A stretch of 64,000 nt of DNA from Thermodesulfobacteriota bacterium (GTDB lineage: Bacteria; Desulfobacterota_D; UBA1144; Nemesobacterales; UBA2774). The translations under genes were made by a program, and so were the position numbers. Below the pieces are notes generated by a model. The model saw only the letters and a list, made by a program, of their open reading frames with translations, was not told the origin of the DNA and ran no database searches. The stretch lies in NCBI GenBank assembly GCA_965216785.1, contig OZ244197.1, positions 2,048,001-2,112,000 of the forward strand, written 5' to 3'. Below are positions 9,252 through 19,670 of this stretch, one piece after another; positions within the stretch are counted from its first letter, which is position 1; every line of letters begins with the position of its first letter.

Positions 9252-12209
9252 CTACTTGTTAAGCGCGTCCCAGAGGACTTCCGCCGGGTGGTAGGCTCTA
9301 CGCTGGGCGCCGTCTTTAATCTGGTGGCGGCAGCTGGTGCCCGGGGCGACCACTATCGTATCCTCGCCGTGTTTTCTGACCGTGGGTAGGAGCACGAGCT
9401 CGCCGACCTTCATAGAGACGTCGAAATGCTCGCTCTCGTATCCGAACGAACCCGCCATACCGCAGCAGCCCGAGGGTATTAGCTCTACGCTGTAGTTCTC
9501 GGGGATGGACATCATCTTCTTTGAGTGATCGAGGGTGGAGAGCGCCTTTTGCTGGCAATGGCCGTGGAAGATGAGCTTTCTCTCTTCTTTGGTAAAGCTG
9601 TCTTTGGTAATATTCCCCTTATCTATTTCCCTTGAAATAAACTCGTCAATCAAAAATACGTTCGGGGCGATATTCTTCGACGCCTCTTTCACGTCGCTGT
9701 CCGCAAGGTCAGGGTACTCGTCCCTGAAGCTGAGGACCGCCGAGGGCTCAATGCCCACAAGAGGGGTATCTTCGGTAATTAGATTTTTGAAAATACGGAG
9801 GTTATTGTTCGCGATCACTTTGGCCTCGCGGAGAAGCCCTTTTGATATGTGGGCGCGTCCGCTCTCGTCGTGCTCGACGACTTGCGGATAGTAACCTAAC
9901 TTATCCAGGAGCTTTATCATCGTTATGCCGATTTCCGCGTCCAGATAGTTTGTGAACTCGTCGCAGAACACGTAAACCTTGCCGTTTTTGCCTTCTTGCA
10001 GAGTGCCTTTATTTTTTTTATACCAGTCCCTTACGGTCTGAATGGAGAGGGGAGGGACAGAGCGCTTTAGCGCAAATCCGGTCAATTTCTTAATAATGGG
10101 CGCCGTGACGGAATTTGAGAACATGAAGTTATAGGCCTGGGGGAAGACTGAGTTTAGCTTTGCGAATTTATTAAAGTTCGCGATCATACGCGAGCGCATG
10201 GGCACACCGTGCTTATCGTAATAATGCTGATAGAACTCTGTTTTTAGCTTTGCAATGTCAACGTCCGAAGGGCACTCGGACTTACAGCCCTTGCATGAGA
10301 GGCAGAGGTCGAGCACATCATGGATTTCCTCGTTCTCAAAGGGCTTCGGATCGTTTGAGCGTGTAAATATTTCACGCAGCATATTAGCGCGGGCCCTGGT
10401 GATATGTCTTTCGTCGCGCGTAGCCATATAGGAAGGGCACATCGTGCCGCCGGCGTGCTCGGTTTTCCGGCACTCCGCTGTGCCGATACACCTCTCGGCG
10501 TGTCCTACGAACCCTTCACTGCCCCAGTCAAAAACCGTATCGAATGTCGGGTAATGGGTGTCTGCGTCGTAGCGAAGGTTAGTATTGTTTCTGGGAGCGT
10601 CGACTATAGTTGTCGGATTGAAAATGTCCTCGGGGTCCCAGGTGTATTTTAAATCCTTCATGAGCCCGTAGATTGTGGAGCCAAGCATGAACTCTATGAA
10701 CTCTCCTCTTAGCCATCCCGTGCCGTGCTCGCCCGAAAGGAATCCTTTATATTTCTTCACAATAGCCGCTGTGTCCCGCGTGATGTTCCTGAATAGCTCT
10801 CTTCCCCCCTCGGTTTTTGTGTTGAAATACGGGGTGATGTGAAGCTCGCCCGCGCTTGCGTGAGCGTAGTACATCACGTGCAGATTGTTTTTTTTCAGGA
10901 GCGCGTCTACTTCGGCGATAAATTCCGGCAGGTCCTCAATGTCCACAGCGCAGTCGTCAATGTTAGTTGCGGGCTTTTCGTCGCCCTCAACGTTTGAGGC
11001 TACACCGAGAGCAGCGTTACGGAGGTGCCACACGTGGTCCACATCGCACGAGTCGACGATGGGAAAATGGTATCCGTACCCCGTCTTCTTTACGTCGTCT
11101 ATTATCTCTTGGGCCGCGGCCCTTGCTTCTTTTTCCGTATCCTTTGTTACTTCAATCAAAAGCACCGCGCCGGGCTTGTCCTTTACGAAAAATAGCTCGT
11201 CCCGCAGCAGCGCGTTTTCCCTGGCGCACTCGATCGTATAGTCGTCTATAAGCTCGCAGGAAGTTATATCGTGCTTACACACTGTTATATTGGCCCTTAG
11301 AGAATCATCGAGGGTCTTGAAATTGATGCACGCGAGGTTTCTGTACGCAGGAGGGTGGGGCACGGCTTTAACCTTTAGCTCATAGATAAATACGAGCGTT
11401 CCCGCCGAGCCCGCGATGAGCTTACAGAAATTAAACGGCTCGCCCCCCTTGGTGAAGGGCTCCATCCTGGACATCTCATCGAGCGCGTAGCCGGTGTTGC
11501 GTCTGTATATACACTCTTTCGGAAAATTCTCGTTAATAGCGTCTATGTTTTTCTTATCCGACAGCATGTCGTTAATCTGACGGTATAGCTTTGTCTCTAG
11601 AAGGCTCTCATCGCCACCGCACTTGGCCTTAAACTCCTCGGGGGTGAGCTCGCCGAAGGTGACTTCGGTGCCGTCGGCCAAAAAGCCCTTAACTTCGAGC
11701 AGGTGCCTTCGGCTGTCACGGTATACGACGGAGTTTGCGCCGCATGAGTTGTTGCCCATCATGCCGCCTATCATAGCGCGGTTCTGGGTGGAGGTCTCCG
11801 GGCCGAAAAACAGGCCGTGAGGATCCAGCACTTCATTCAGCTCGTTCCTGATTACTCCCGGCTGAAGTGCTACCCAGCCCTCATCCTTATTTATCTCGAG
11901 CACTTTGTTCATGTAGCGCCCGACGTCTACAACTAGGCCCTGACCGATGGGCTGGCCGGAGAGCGAAGTGCCCGCGGCCCTCGGTGTAATGGGCACTTTG
12001 TTGTCCCTTGCGAACTCGACTATGCGCCTTATATCCTCAGAGTCTCTAGGAAGGGCTACCGCCTGGGGGAATACCCGGTAGGAAGAGGCGTCAGTCGCAT
12101 ACAGAGTCCTCATTCCGTGGTCGTAGAACAGATCGCCTTTCAGTTCTGCTTTTAATTCATCCCATTTATCAGTGCTTATAGTTCTCTGGTTATTAGAATT
12201 AGCGCTCAT
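9252..12209 (-). CDS. FAD-binding and Fe-S-binding 2-hydroxyacid oxidoreductase (GlcD/YdiJ-like, with CCG domains)
   Basis: YATDAS, RAAGTSLSGQ, SGEHGTG, CIGTAEC, CLSCKGCKSECP, HGHCQQK, CCGMAGSFGY, PGTSCRHQ. Confidence 0.9.
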   Translation of the reverse strand: MSANSNNQRTISTDKWDELKAELKGDLFYDHGMRTLYATDASSYRVFPQAVALPRDSEDIRRIVEFARDNKVPITPRAAGTSLSGQPIGQGLVVDVGRYMNKVLEINKDEGWVALQPGVIRNELNEVLDPHGLFFGPETSTQNRAMIGGMMGNNSCGANSVVYRDSRRHLLEVKGFLADGTEVTFGELTPEEFKAKCGGDESLLETKLYRQINDMLSDKKNIDAINENFPKECIYRRNTGYALDEMSRMEPFTKGGEPFNFCKLIAGSAGTLVFIYELKVKAVPHPPAYRNLACINFKTLDDSLRANITVCKHDITSCELIDDYTIECARENALLRDELFFVKDKPGAVLLIEVTKDTEKEARAAAQEIIDDVKKTGYGYHFPIVDSCDVDHVWHLRNAALGVASNVEGDEKPATNIDDCAVDIEDLPEFIAEVDALLKKNNLHVMYYAHASAGELHITPYFNTKTEGGRELFRNITRDTAAIVKKYKGFLSGEHGTGWLRGEFIEFMLGSTIYGLMKDLKYTWDPEDIFNPTTIVDAPRNNTNLRYDADTHYPTFDTVFDWGSEGFVGHAERCIGTAECRKTEHAGGTMCPSYMATRDERHITRARANMLREIFTRSNDPKPFENEEIHDVLDLCLSCKGCKSECPSDVDIAKLKTEFYQHYYDKHGVPMRSRMIANFNKFAKLNSVFPQAYNFMFSNSVTAPIIKKLTGFALKRSVPPLSIQTVRDWYKKNKGTLQEGKNGKVYVFCDEFTNYLDAEIGITMIKLLDKLGYYPQVVEHDESGRAHISKGLLREAKVIANNNLRIFKNLITEDTPLVGIEPSAVLSFRDEYPDLADSDVKEASKNIAPNVFLIDEFISREIDKGNITKDSFTKEERKLIFHGHCQQKALSTLDHSKKMMSIPENYSVELIPSGCCGMAGSFGYESEHFDVSMKVGELVLLPTVRKHGEDTIVVAPGTSCRHQIKDGAQRRAYHPAEVLWDALNK

Positions 12210-12439
12210 TGTAAAATATGGATCCTCCTAAGCTATTTATACACTTTTTTTAGTTTCCGTACAACATTTAAAGTTAAGGCTTTATATACACCGGGCTCAG
12301 TCTTTATAAATAATGTGATACTGTGCTTTCCATAAGGTTGCTTATTGGTCCTGCCGCCTTGCTTTCCTGGCGCTAATACGTGAAAATAGCTGTAGCTTCC
12401 AAGTTGAGATCAAACAGGGAGCTTGCGGGATAGATCGCT

Positions 12440-13225
12440 ATGAATCTTATAGAGATATTTTCATTTATTGTGGTACTGGGAGCCGCCGTAGCAGGGGGGT
12501 TTTATCCTCTGACGAGAAGAGAGTCCGCAAGGAGCGACGAGGGGTTCCCGTACGGTGAGGCCTTTACGGCGGGGGTGTTCCTGGCGCTCGCGCTTGTAAT
12601 CATGCTCCCCGCGGGCCTGCACCTTTTCGAGAAGGTGTATCCGCAGGAAGTGCTTCCTGTTGCCGTGATAATCGCGATCGCCGCATTTCTGATACTCCTC
12701 GGGATAGAGCACGCGGCGGTTAAGTCCAGGCTCAAAGCGGGTGCGGGCGGGCTTACGCCGGCGTCGATCCCTGTAATAATGACTATCATGATCGCAATAC
12801 CCTCTTTTCTACTCGGTACCGCGATTAGCCTGAGCCAGACTGAGACCGCTCTTTTTATCCTGGCGGCGGTGCTGGCGCACAAGAGCTCTGCGGGGTTCGG
12901 ACTTGCGCTCTCTATGGTGAGGAGCAAACTCACGGTCAATCAAACTTATATTCTCTATGGAGTGTTCGCTCTATCGACCCCGGTCGGCATTCTAGCGGGC
13001 GCGGACGCCAAGCACTTTTTGAGCGGGGAGAGCCTTGTCGTAGTAAAAGCTTTTACACTGTCGATCGCGGCAGGGGTGTTCCTTTATTTGGCAACGCTCC
13101 ATGAGTTCTCAAACGCGCCTTTCATACGGCACTGCTCAACACCAAGGGCTTTTCTGGTTATGCTCGCGGGACTCCTGCTTACAGTGTGCGTGAAAGTAAT
13201 ACTAGAGCTCGGTCACGCCGGGTGA
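12440..13225 (+). CDS. ZIP family metal transporter
   Basis: About 8 TM helices with AGVFLA...MLP, AHK, STPVG and AAGVFLY motifs. Confidence 0.85.
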   Translation: MNLIEIFSFIVVLGAAVAGGFYPLTRRESARSDEGFPYGEAFTAGVFLALALVIMLPAGLHLFEKVYPQEVLPVAVIIAIAAFLILLGIEHAAVKSRLKAGAGGLTPASIPVIMTIMIAIPSFLLGTAISLSQTETALFILAAVLAHKSSAGFGLALSMVRSKLTVNQTYILYGVFALSTPVGILAGADAKHFLSGESLVVVKAFTLSIAAGVFLYLATLHEFSNAPFIRHCSTPRAFLVMLAGLLLTVCVKVILELGHAG

Positions 13226-13367
13226 ATTTTTCCTTCGGGGCTTGGACTACGGGCCAGCCTACGCGCCTGAATCTCCTTTATTTACGGGTTTAATCTTACA
13301 AATAAGTGCTTTTTGACTCGTAATGTTTGTAATATGACCAAAATTTTCCCCGATATTTCAAGGCTGT

Positions 13368-13472
13368 GACAAGAATTGTCGACGCGCAGCGTTATGACGT
13401 TCGTTTGCGTGCAAATAATGTAGTAAAGAGAGCTACTTAGCAATATTTGACCCGTATGGCATGGGATTTGCA
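13368..13472 (+). promoter_or_regulatory. Sigma54 promoter with a possible enhancer site
   Basis: TGGCATGGGATTTGCA at 13457-13472 has exact -24 GG / -12 GC spacing. Inverted repeat GACAA-GAA-TTGTC at 13368-13380. Confidence 0.65.
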
Positions 13473-13524
13473 CAATTTAAAGGTTAGGGAATATTGTATT
13501 TTTCATGCTCCCCGTACGGTCAAT

Positions 13525-16500
13525 ATGGAAACTGATACACTAAATGACAGAGCGAAGCACTCAGGGTTTCTGAGGTTGCTATTCATTGCTGTTACTACCC
13601 TCAGCCTTGGGATAGCCGTGTTTAGCGTTGCGGCAGGGGTTTTCGGGTTTCTTCCGCAGGCTGCGCACTCGAGTATATCCGCGATAACGGCTGCCACGGT
13701 ATCCACGGCCTTTATCAGCGCGATTCTATGCCTGGCGCATAGCTCGATCGAAAGAAACGTATTTACGCGCGTTTTGGGGGCTTCTTTATTAAGCGCGGCG
13801 GTCATGGGTGTATTCACGCTGTTTATCGCCGGGGGAGTAACCGTGAGCGGGGCTTCGGAGCAGGCCTACACCATTTCTATCCCAGTCGCTCGGCTTTTTC
13901 CCGCCTTGGTATTGATTCTCGGGGCAGTGCTTGTACTTAGAAACCACATAACCGACAAAAAGCTTCGAGACGACGGTTTGTTCAAAGTCGCGGCCTCTGT
14001 TATTGTGGCGTTAGGAATAGCCGCGATTTACATTTTCTCCAATACCTCTTATGCGACAAACGCAATAGAGGGCTCATTTTGGAGAGCTATCCCATTTACC
14101 GCCACTGTTCTGGCGGCAGCTGCCGCTGGCTGGTACGGAAGGCGTGACAGGTCTATTTTCTACTATGTTCTTCTATTGAGCCTTGTGCCTCTGTTGTGCT
14201 CGGATGCGCTATTGGCTTTTGGATATTATCTGCCTTCCGCATATCTGCTTAGAGCTTTAGCGTTCTTAGTGCCTGTCCCCGCGCTCGCAGTCTTGTATTC
14301 AAACAACCTCAAGGGTCTCGGTACACTTGAGAAATCTCTTAGGAGTAAAGAGGCGGCGCATGAGAAAGCTATGGGTCAAAGTGCTAAGGCTATCGAAAAT
14401 CTTAACGAGGAAATATCGAGGTTGAAAGAGGACGAGGAGATCTTCAAAGCGCTCTCCGGGGGATTGAACGCTGGAGCTTATATAGCTCAGGGAGACAGAA
14501 TCGTATATGCAAATAAAGGACTCGAACGGCTCACCGCTACGGCGCAGGAAGAGCTTTTGGGTGCGAAAATCACTGATCTTATAGATCCTTCGGACCGTCA
14601 TAATGTGGCTGAGAAGTCGGCGCAGATGCTCAAAGGTGAGCGGGTAAAACCCTACAGATACAGGATAAAAACCTCAAACGGCATCCCCGCGTGGGTGTCG
14701 GAGACGGTTACAAAGATCGTCTACGGGGACGGGGAAGCCGTTTTAGGAACTCTTACGGATATTACAGATACGCGCCGCGTGGAGGAGATGCTCGGAACAC
14801 TTTCGAATAGCTCTCAAATGGGTATATACATAGTAAAGGACAATCAGCTGAAGTTCGTAAACTCACAGTACTGCGACTACACGGGCTACAGCGAAGAGGA
14901 GCTTCTGGGCTCTTCGCCTGAGAGTTATATACACGCCGGGGACAAGCAGGAAGCCGCCGCTAATATGAGTCGTATGCTTCAAAACAACGATACTTCCCCT
15001 TACGAATACAGGCTTGCGAGAAAGGACGGCGAGCTAAGGTGGGTAATGGAAACCGTCAAAAAGATCAAGTTTATGGACGGTCCCGCCGTGCTCGTGACGG
15101 TTTCGGACATAACCGACCGCAGAAGGGTGGAAGCGATGTTAAGGACACTTTCCAACAGCTCACCGATCGGAATATATATACTACAGGGAGGGGAATATAA
15201 ATTCGTAAATCCGGAGTTCCAAAAATACCTCGGCTATACGGAAGAGGAGCTTACCGGTAGCGCTTCGCTCACTCACGTTTATGTAGAGGATAGAGATAAA
15301 GCCGAGAAATCCGCTTCGCGTATGCTCGTGGGTGAGAATACCAACCCCTATCACTACAGAATGGTAAGGAGCGACGGTAGCCTGATGTGGGTGATGGAGG
15401 TAGTAAGGTCTATTCAGTACCAGGGGGACTCTGCGGTGCTTGGGACCGTGATGGACATATCTGAGAGAATTCAGGCCGAGGAGCTGTTCGAGACACTTTC
15501 TGAAGGCTCGCCGATCGGCGTATACATACTCCAGGACAAAAAGTTCCGGTTTATTAACCCCGAGCTCGAGAGGTTTCTAGGGTACAAGAGCGAGGAGCTT
15601 GTGGACACGAACCAGTGGAAGCTCGTCTACGCGCAGGACCGCTCGGACGTAAGGGAAAACAGCAGGCTCATGCTCAAAGGTGAGAGGCACAATCCCTACG
15701 AATACCGAATTATTACAAAAGAAGGCCACATTAAGTGGGTGATGGAAACAGTCACTTCTATACAGTACAGGGGCAGGCGCGCGATACTGGGGAGCTTCAT
15801 GGATATAACAGAGCGAAAAAAATCCGAAGTAGAGCTGTATCAGGCCAAGGAAGCGGCTGAGGCCGCTAACCTGGCGAAGTCTGAATTTTTGGCTAACATG
15901 AGCCATGAGGTAAGGACGCCGCTTAACGCGATAGTCGGCATGACGGAGCTTACGCTTGAGACAGAGCTCTCCGGTGAGCAGAAAGAGACTTTGAGGGTGA
16001 TCCAGAGCTCATCTGAATCGCTTCTGGGGCTAATAAACGATATTCTCGATTTCTCCAGGATAGAAGCGGGGCAGATGGAGATAGAAAAGAGCGATATGAG
16101 CCTGAGGCGGCTAGTCGAGGACGTTGCCGAATCTCAGTCCCTAAGAGCGTTTAACAAGGGTATAGAGCTCCTTTGCTATATCGATGATAAAGTGCCAGAT
16201 ATTCTAAATGGTGATTCTACGAGAATAATGCAAGTGCTTGTGAACCTTGTAGTAAACGCGATAAAGTTTACAGACGCAGGTGAGGTGGTTATCAATGTCT
16301 CGATGGTGGACGAAGGGACGCTGGGCAGAAAAGAGCTTTGTTTCAGCGTATCGGACACGGGTATCGGCGTACCTAAGGATCATAGGGAAAAGATCTTCGA
16401 GAAATTTACACAGGTGGACAGCTCTACAAAGAGAACGGTGGGGGGCGTGGGTCTAGGACTAAGCATATCTAAATCGCTTGTGGACCTTATGGGTGGCCGG

Positions 16501-17484
16501 ATTTGGTATGAGAGCCGTGAAGAGGGCGGATCGAAGTTCAGTTTTACGCTGCCGTGGGGCTATGTATCGGAAGACCCGGACCAGAGCAGGGGGTATGATG
16601 AAAGATTTAAAGGTAAGCTCGCTTTGATTGTGGAAGTTAACAAATCGAGCAGGGAAATATTGCAGAAATTAATTGCCCGCACGGGGCTGCAGGTTCAACT
16701 TGCCCCCGGTGCGAAAGCCGCGCTTAATATGCTGAAAAATACTGACGTCACTCCAGATGTGGTGCTGCTTGACTACGCCACCAGGGACTCAGGCGGTATT
16801 GAGCTTGCGGATTATGTGAAGAGCGGGCCGGGTCTATCAGATACAAAATTGATACTGCTCTCACCCCTTGGAACTGTGAGCATAGAAGAGCTTAAGAAGC
16901 CCAAGATAGACGATTTTATTGTAAAGCCCGTCCGGGCCGCCAGGCTGAGGAGTGCGCTCGAGGCCCAGCTGTTCGGAGAGGGGGTTGATGAAAACGGCGG
17001 GCCGGCGAATGTTGAGGAAGTGGTTGATGCCGAGGCCGAGAACGTAAACGGCACGGTAGAGAATGTCCCCACAATACTGGTAGTTGACGATACGGACGAC
17101 AATAAGAAACTGGTAAAAAGGATGCTCGAGCTCGGGGGCTATGCGGTTGACCTGGCAGGGAGCGGTGAGGAGAGTATTACCGCCGTATGCAGGAAGGACT
17201 ACGATCTGATATTGATGGACCTGCAGATGCCCGTGATGGACGGCTTTGAGGCTACAAAAGCGATAAGGACATCGGAGAACGGCAAGCACAGGACTCCGAT
17301 CATCGCTGTTACCGCGCACGCGATCGCGGGGTACAGGGAGAAGTGCCTTGAGAACGACATGGACGACTACATTACAAAGCCCTTGAGGAAAAAGGAGCTT
17401 TTGGATATGGTCGGGAAATGGGTAGGCGAGAAGGATGAAAGACCCGCTCAAAATGTGAGCCCAGGCATGGACGCCGTGCATTAG
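13525..17484 (+). CDS. Membrane hybrid sensor histidine kinase: TM sensor + 4 PAS + HisKA + HATPase + 2 REC
   Basis: Four tandem PAS/PAC repeats, FLANMSHEVRTPLN, DTGIG, GLGLSI, a degenerate REC, then ILVVDD...LMDLQMP...KP. ATG 13525 chosen because it lies downstream of the sigma54 site. Confidence 0.9.
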   Translation: METDTLNDRAKHSGFLRLLFIAVTTLSLGIAVFSVAAGVFGFLPQAAHSSISAITAATVSTAFISAILCLAHSSIERNVFTRVLGASLLSAAVMGVFTLFIAGGVTVSGASEQAYTISIPVARLFPALVLILGAVLVLRNHITDKKLRDDGLFKVAASVIVALGIAAIYIFSNTSYATNAIEGSFWRAIPFTATVLAAAAAGWYGRRDRSIFYYVLLLSLVPLLCSDALLAFGYYLPSAYLLRALAFLVPVPALAVLYSNNLKGLGTLEKSLRSKEAAHEKAMGQSAKAIENLNEEISRLKEDEEIFKALSGGLNAGAYIAQGDRIVYANKGLERLTATAQEELLGAKITDLIDPSDRHNVAEKSAQMLKGERVKPYRYRIKTSNGIPAWVSETVTKIVYGDGEAVLGTLTDITDTRRVEEMLGTLSNSSQMGIYIVKDNQLKFVNSQYCDYTGYSEEELLGSSPESYIHAGDKQEAAANMSRMLQNNDTSPYEYRLARKDGELRWVMETVKKIKFMDGPAVLVTVSDITDRRRVEAMLRTLSNSSPIGIYILQGGEYKFVNPEFQKYLGYTEEELTGSASLTHVYVEDRDKAEKSASRMLVGENTNPYHYRMVRSDGSLMWVMEVVRSIQYQGDSAVLGTVMDISERIQAEELFETLSEGSPIGVYILQDKKFRFINPELERFLGYKSEELVDTNQWKLVYAQDRSDVRENSRLMLKGERHNPYEYRIITKEGHIKWVMETVTSIQYRGRRAILGSFMDITERKKSEVELYQAKEAAEAANLAKSEFLANMSHEVRTPLNAIVGMTELTLETELSGEQKETLRVIQSSSESLLGLINDILDFSRIEAGQMEIEKSDMSLRRLVEDVAESQSLRAFNKGIELLCYIDDKVPDILNGDSTRIMQVLVNLVVNAIKFTDAGEVVINVSMVDEGTLGRKELCFSVSDTGIGVPKDHREKIFEKFTQVDSSTKRTVGGVGLGLSISKSLVDLMGGRIWYESREEGGSKFSFTLPWGYVSEDPDQSRGYDERFKGKLALIVEVNKSSREILQKLIARTGLQVQLAPGAKAALNMLKNTDVTPDVVLLDYATRDSGGIELADYVKSGPGLSDTKLILLSPLGTVSIEELKKPKIDDFIVKPVRAARLRSALEAQLFGEGVDENGGPANVEEVVDAEAENVNGTVENVPTILVVDDTDDNKKLVKRMLELGGYAVDLAGSGEESITAVCRKDYDLILMDLQMPVMDGFEATKAIRTSENGKHRTPIIAVTAHAIAGYREKCLENDMDDYITKPLRKKELLDMVGKWVGEKDERPAQNVSPGMDAVH

Positions 17485-17642
17485 TCATAATTCAATATGA
17501 ATTTTATTCACCCGCTTTTTACTCCAGACAAATTTTCGTAATACTTCAGAGCTTAATGTGCCCTATCCCCTTGGGCATGGTTGAAATTACGTATAGAATA
17601 TTTGCGGACTACATCTAACAGATTCGGGGGGGACCATAAGAG

Positions 17643-19214
17643 TTGAATACCGAAAACGATTGTCTAAACGAAAGCATGGAGGCTGAGATCCGATCCAGAG
17701 GTCTTGATCCCGGGACAGTGAAATCACAGATTGAGACGTTTAGGAAAGGTATTAAGCCTCAGGAGCTCGCACGGCCATGTACGCTCGGGGACGGTATCGA
17801 ATCGGTCGGTGATAATTTAGAGCAGCTCTCTTCTTTATTCGATCAGTACTGCGGGGACAAGAATATAGTCAAGTTCGTTCCGGCTTCAGGAGCCGCGAGC
17901 CGTATGTTCAAAGAGCTCCAGGCGGCGCTGTCCTCTGGTGAGGTTACTCGGGAAACTCTGCAGGCGGCTTCAGACTCCGGGGATAAAGAAGGAGCCGCGG
18001 CACTAAAATTTATTGAAGGCATCGAGCGCTACGCCTTCTATAAGGAATTGGCGTCTTCACTTGAGTCAGAGGGGATCGATATGAAGAGCCTGCTTCGGGA
18101 AGGAAGTTTTAGGGAGATAATCGGCCATACTCTTGGAGAGCCCGGTCTTAACTATTCAAACCTCCCTAAGGGGATAATAAAATTCCATCTCTATGGTGAT
18201 TACCCAAGGACCGCGTTTGAGGAGCACCTGGTCGAGGCCGCGCATTACTCCATCGGCGCAGGTGGTGTCGCGCGCTTGCATTTCACGCTGTCCGCTGAGC
18301 ACGAAGGCGAGGTTAAGTCCCTTATCTCCAGAACGAAATTCCTTTATGAGAGCGAGGGTGTGAGCATTGAGGCTTCATACTCCGTACAAAAACCCTCGAC
18401 TGATACTATCGCGGTAGATTTGAAAAACAAGCCGTTTAGAGACTCAGAGGGAAATCTGCTTTTCAGGCCCGGCGGGCACGGCGCTCTCATAGAAAACCTG
18501 AATGACCTTGAGTGTGATATGGTATTCATAAAGAACATAGATAACGTCGTCCCGGACAGGATAAAGGGGGAGACGTACACCTACAAGAAAGCGCTCGGCG
18601 GTTACCTGATAGAGCTTGAGACCAGGGTGTTCAGCCTTTTGCGCGAGCTTGACGGCGGATATTCCGAGAAAGCGGTTAATGAGGCGCTCACAGAGCTCTC
18701 GGCGATGGGTCTTCTTGTAGAGCTTCCCGAATATTTAGACGACGCTACACAGAGTGAGAAAGCCATGTACGTGAGGGCCAGGCTGATGAGCCCCATCAGG
18801 GTGTGCGGGGTCGTGAGGAACCAGGGCGAGCCGGGTGGCGGGCCGTTTTGGGTGAGGGGTTTTGACGGCTCACTTAGTAAGCAGATAGTCGAGTCCTCCC
18901 AAGTGAATATGGACGACCCTACGCAAAAAGCGCTCTGGGAATCCTCTACCCATTTTAACCCCGTGGATCTGGTGTGCTCTGTCAGGGACTATGAGGGTAG
19001 CGCGTTTGACCTGACTCAATATATCGACCGCGACGCCGGGTTTATCTCTCATAAATCAAGCGGGGGCCGAGATCTAAAAGCGCTCGAGCTGCCGGGGCTG
19101 TGGAACGGGGCAATGGCCTATTGGAATACTGTGTTTGTAGAAGTCCCGCTCATCACGTTTAACCCTGTTAAAACCGTGCTCGATCTTTTGCGTCCTGAGC
19201 ACCAGAACCCCTAA
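17643..19214 (+). CDS. DUF4301 family protein
   Basis: KFVPASGAASRMFK, RPGGHGAL, FIKNIDNV, GEPGGGPFW, LELPGLWNGAMAYW, TFNPVKTV. Confidence 0.88.
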   Translation: MNTENDCLNESMEAEIRSRGLDPGTVKSQIETFRKGIKPQELARPCTLGDGIESVGDNLEQLSSLFDQYCGDKNIVKFVPASGAASRMFKELQAALSSGEVTRETLQAASDSGDKEGAAALKFIEGIERYAFYKELASSLESEGIDMKSLLREGSFREIIGHTLGEPGLNYSNLPKGIIKFHLYGDYPRTAFEEHLVEAAHYSIGAGGVARLHFTLSAEHEGEVKSLISRTKFLYESEGVSIEASYSVQKPSTDTIAVDLKNKPFRDSEGNLLFRPGGHGALIENLNDLECDMVFIKNIDNVVPDRIKGETYTYKKALGGYLIELETRVFSLLRELDGGYSEKAVNEALTELSAMGLLVELPEYLDDATQSEKAMYVRARLMSPIRVCGVVRNQGEPGGGPFWVRGFDGSLSKQIVESSQVNMDDPTQKALWESSTHFNPVDLVCSVRDYEGSAFDLTQYIDRDAGFISHKSSGGRDLKALELPGLWNGAMAYWNTVFVEVPLITFNPVKTVLDLLRPEHQNP

Positions 19215-19285
19215 TTTGTCCGCTTCATATTTTTTTAGACCCTCAGACCCAAAACGGGTGTATTATTTAATTGAGGTTATTTAAT

Positions 19286-19606
19286 ATGAGCGATACGAGC
19301 AATGCATATGACATAGTGCGCGTCGATCCTGACTACGCTGATCTGGTGCCGGGGTTTTTGGATAACAGGCGTTCAGAGATTGATATTATAAGAGACTCCG
19401 CGGCCCGTGGAGAATTCTCTGAGATAAAAAGGCTCGGGCACGGTATGAAAGGCGCGGGTGCGGGGTACGGCTTTGATGTAATTACCGATATAGGCAGGAA
19501 TCTTGAAGACGCGGCGATTAAAGAAGACGCTGCCGCGATTGAAGCAGAGCTGGAGCGGCTCGGCAGGTACCTGTCCGAGGTTCGAGTAGTTCTCGATACC
19601 GACTGA
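19286..19606 (+). CDS. Stand-alone Hpt (histidine phosphotransfer) protein
   Basis: LVPGFL..R, RLGHGMKGAGAGYGF (H-x-x-K-G). GAGG SD before ATG 19286. Confidence 0.88.
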   Translation: MSDTSNAYDIVRVDPDYADLVPGFLDNRRSEIDIIRDSAARGEFSEIKRLGHGMKGAGAGYGFDVITDIGRNLEDAAIKEDAAAIEAELERLGRYLSEVRVVLDTD

Positions 19607-19670
19607 GATTCCGTATTTTCAGAACCTCCCTCTTTCCCTAATTCCCTTTTACATGCTAATGTTTTAGCCG

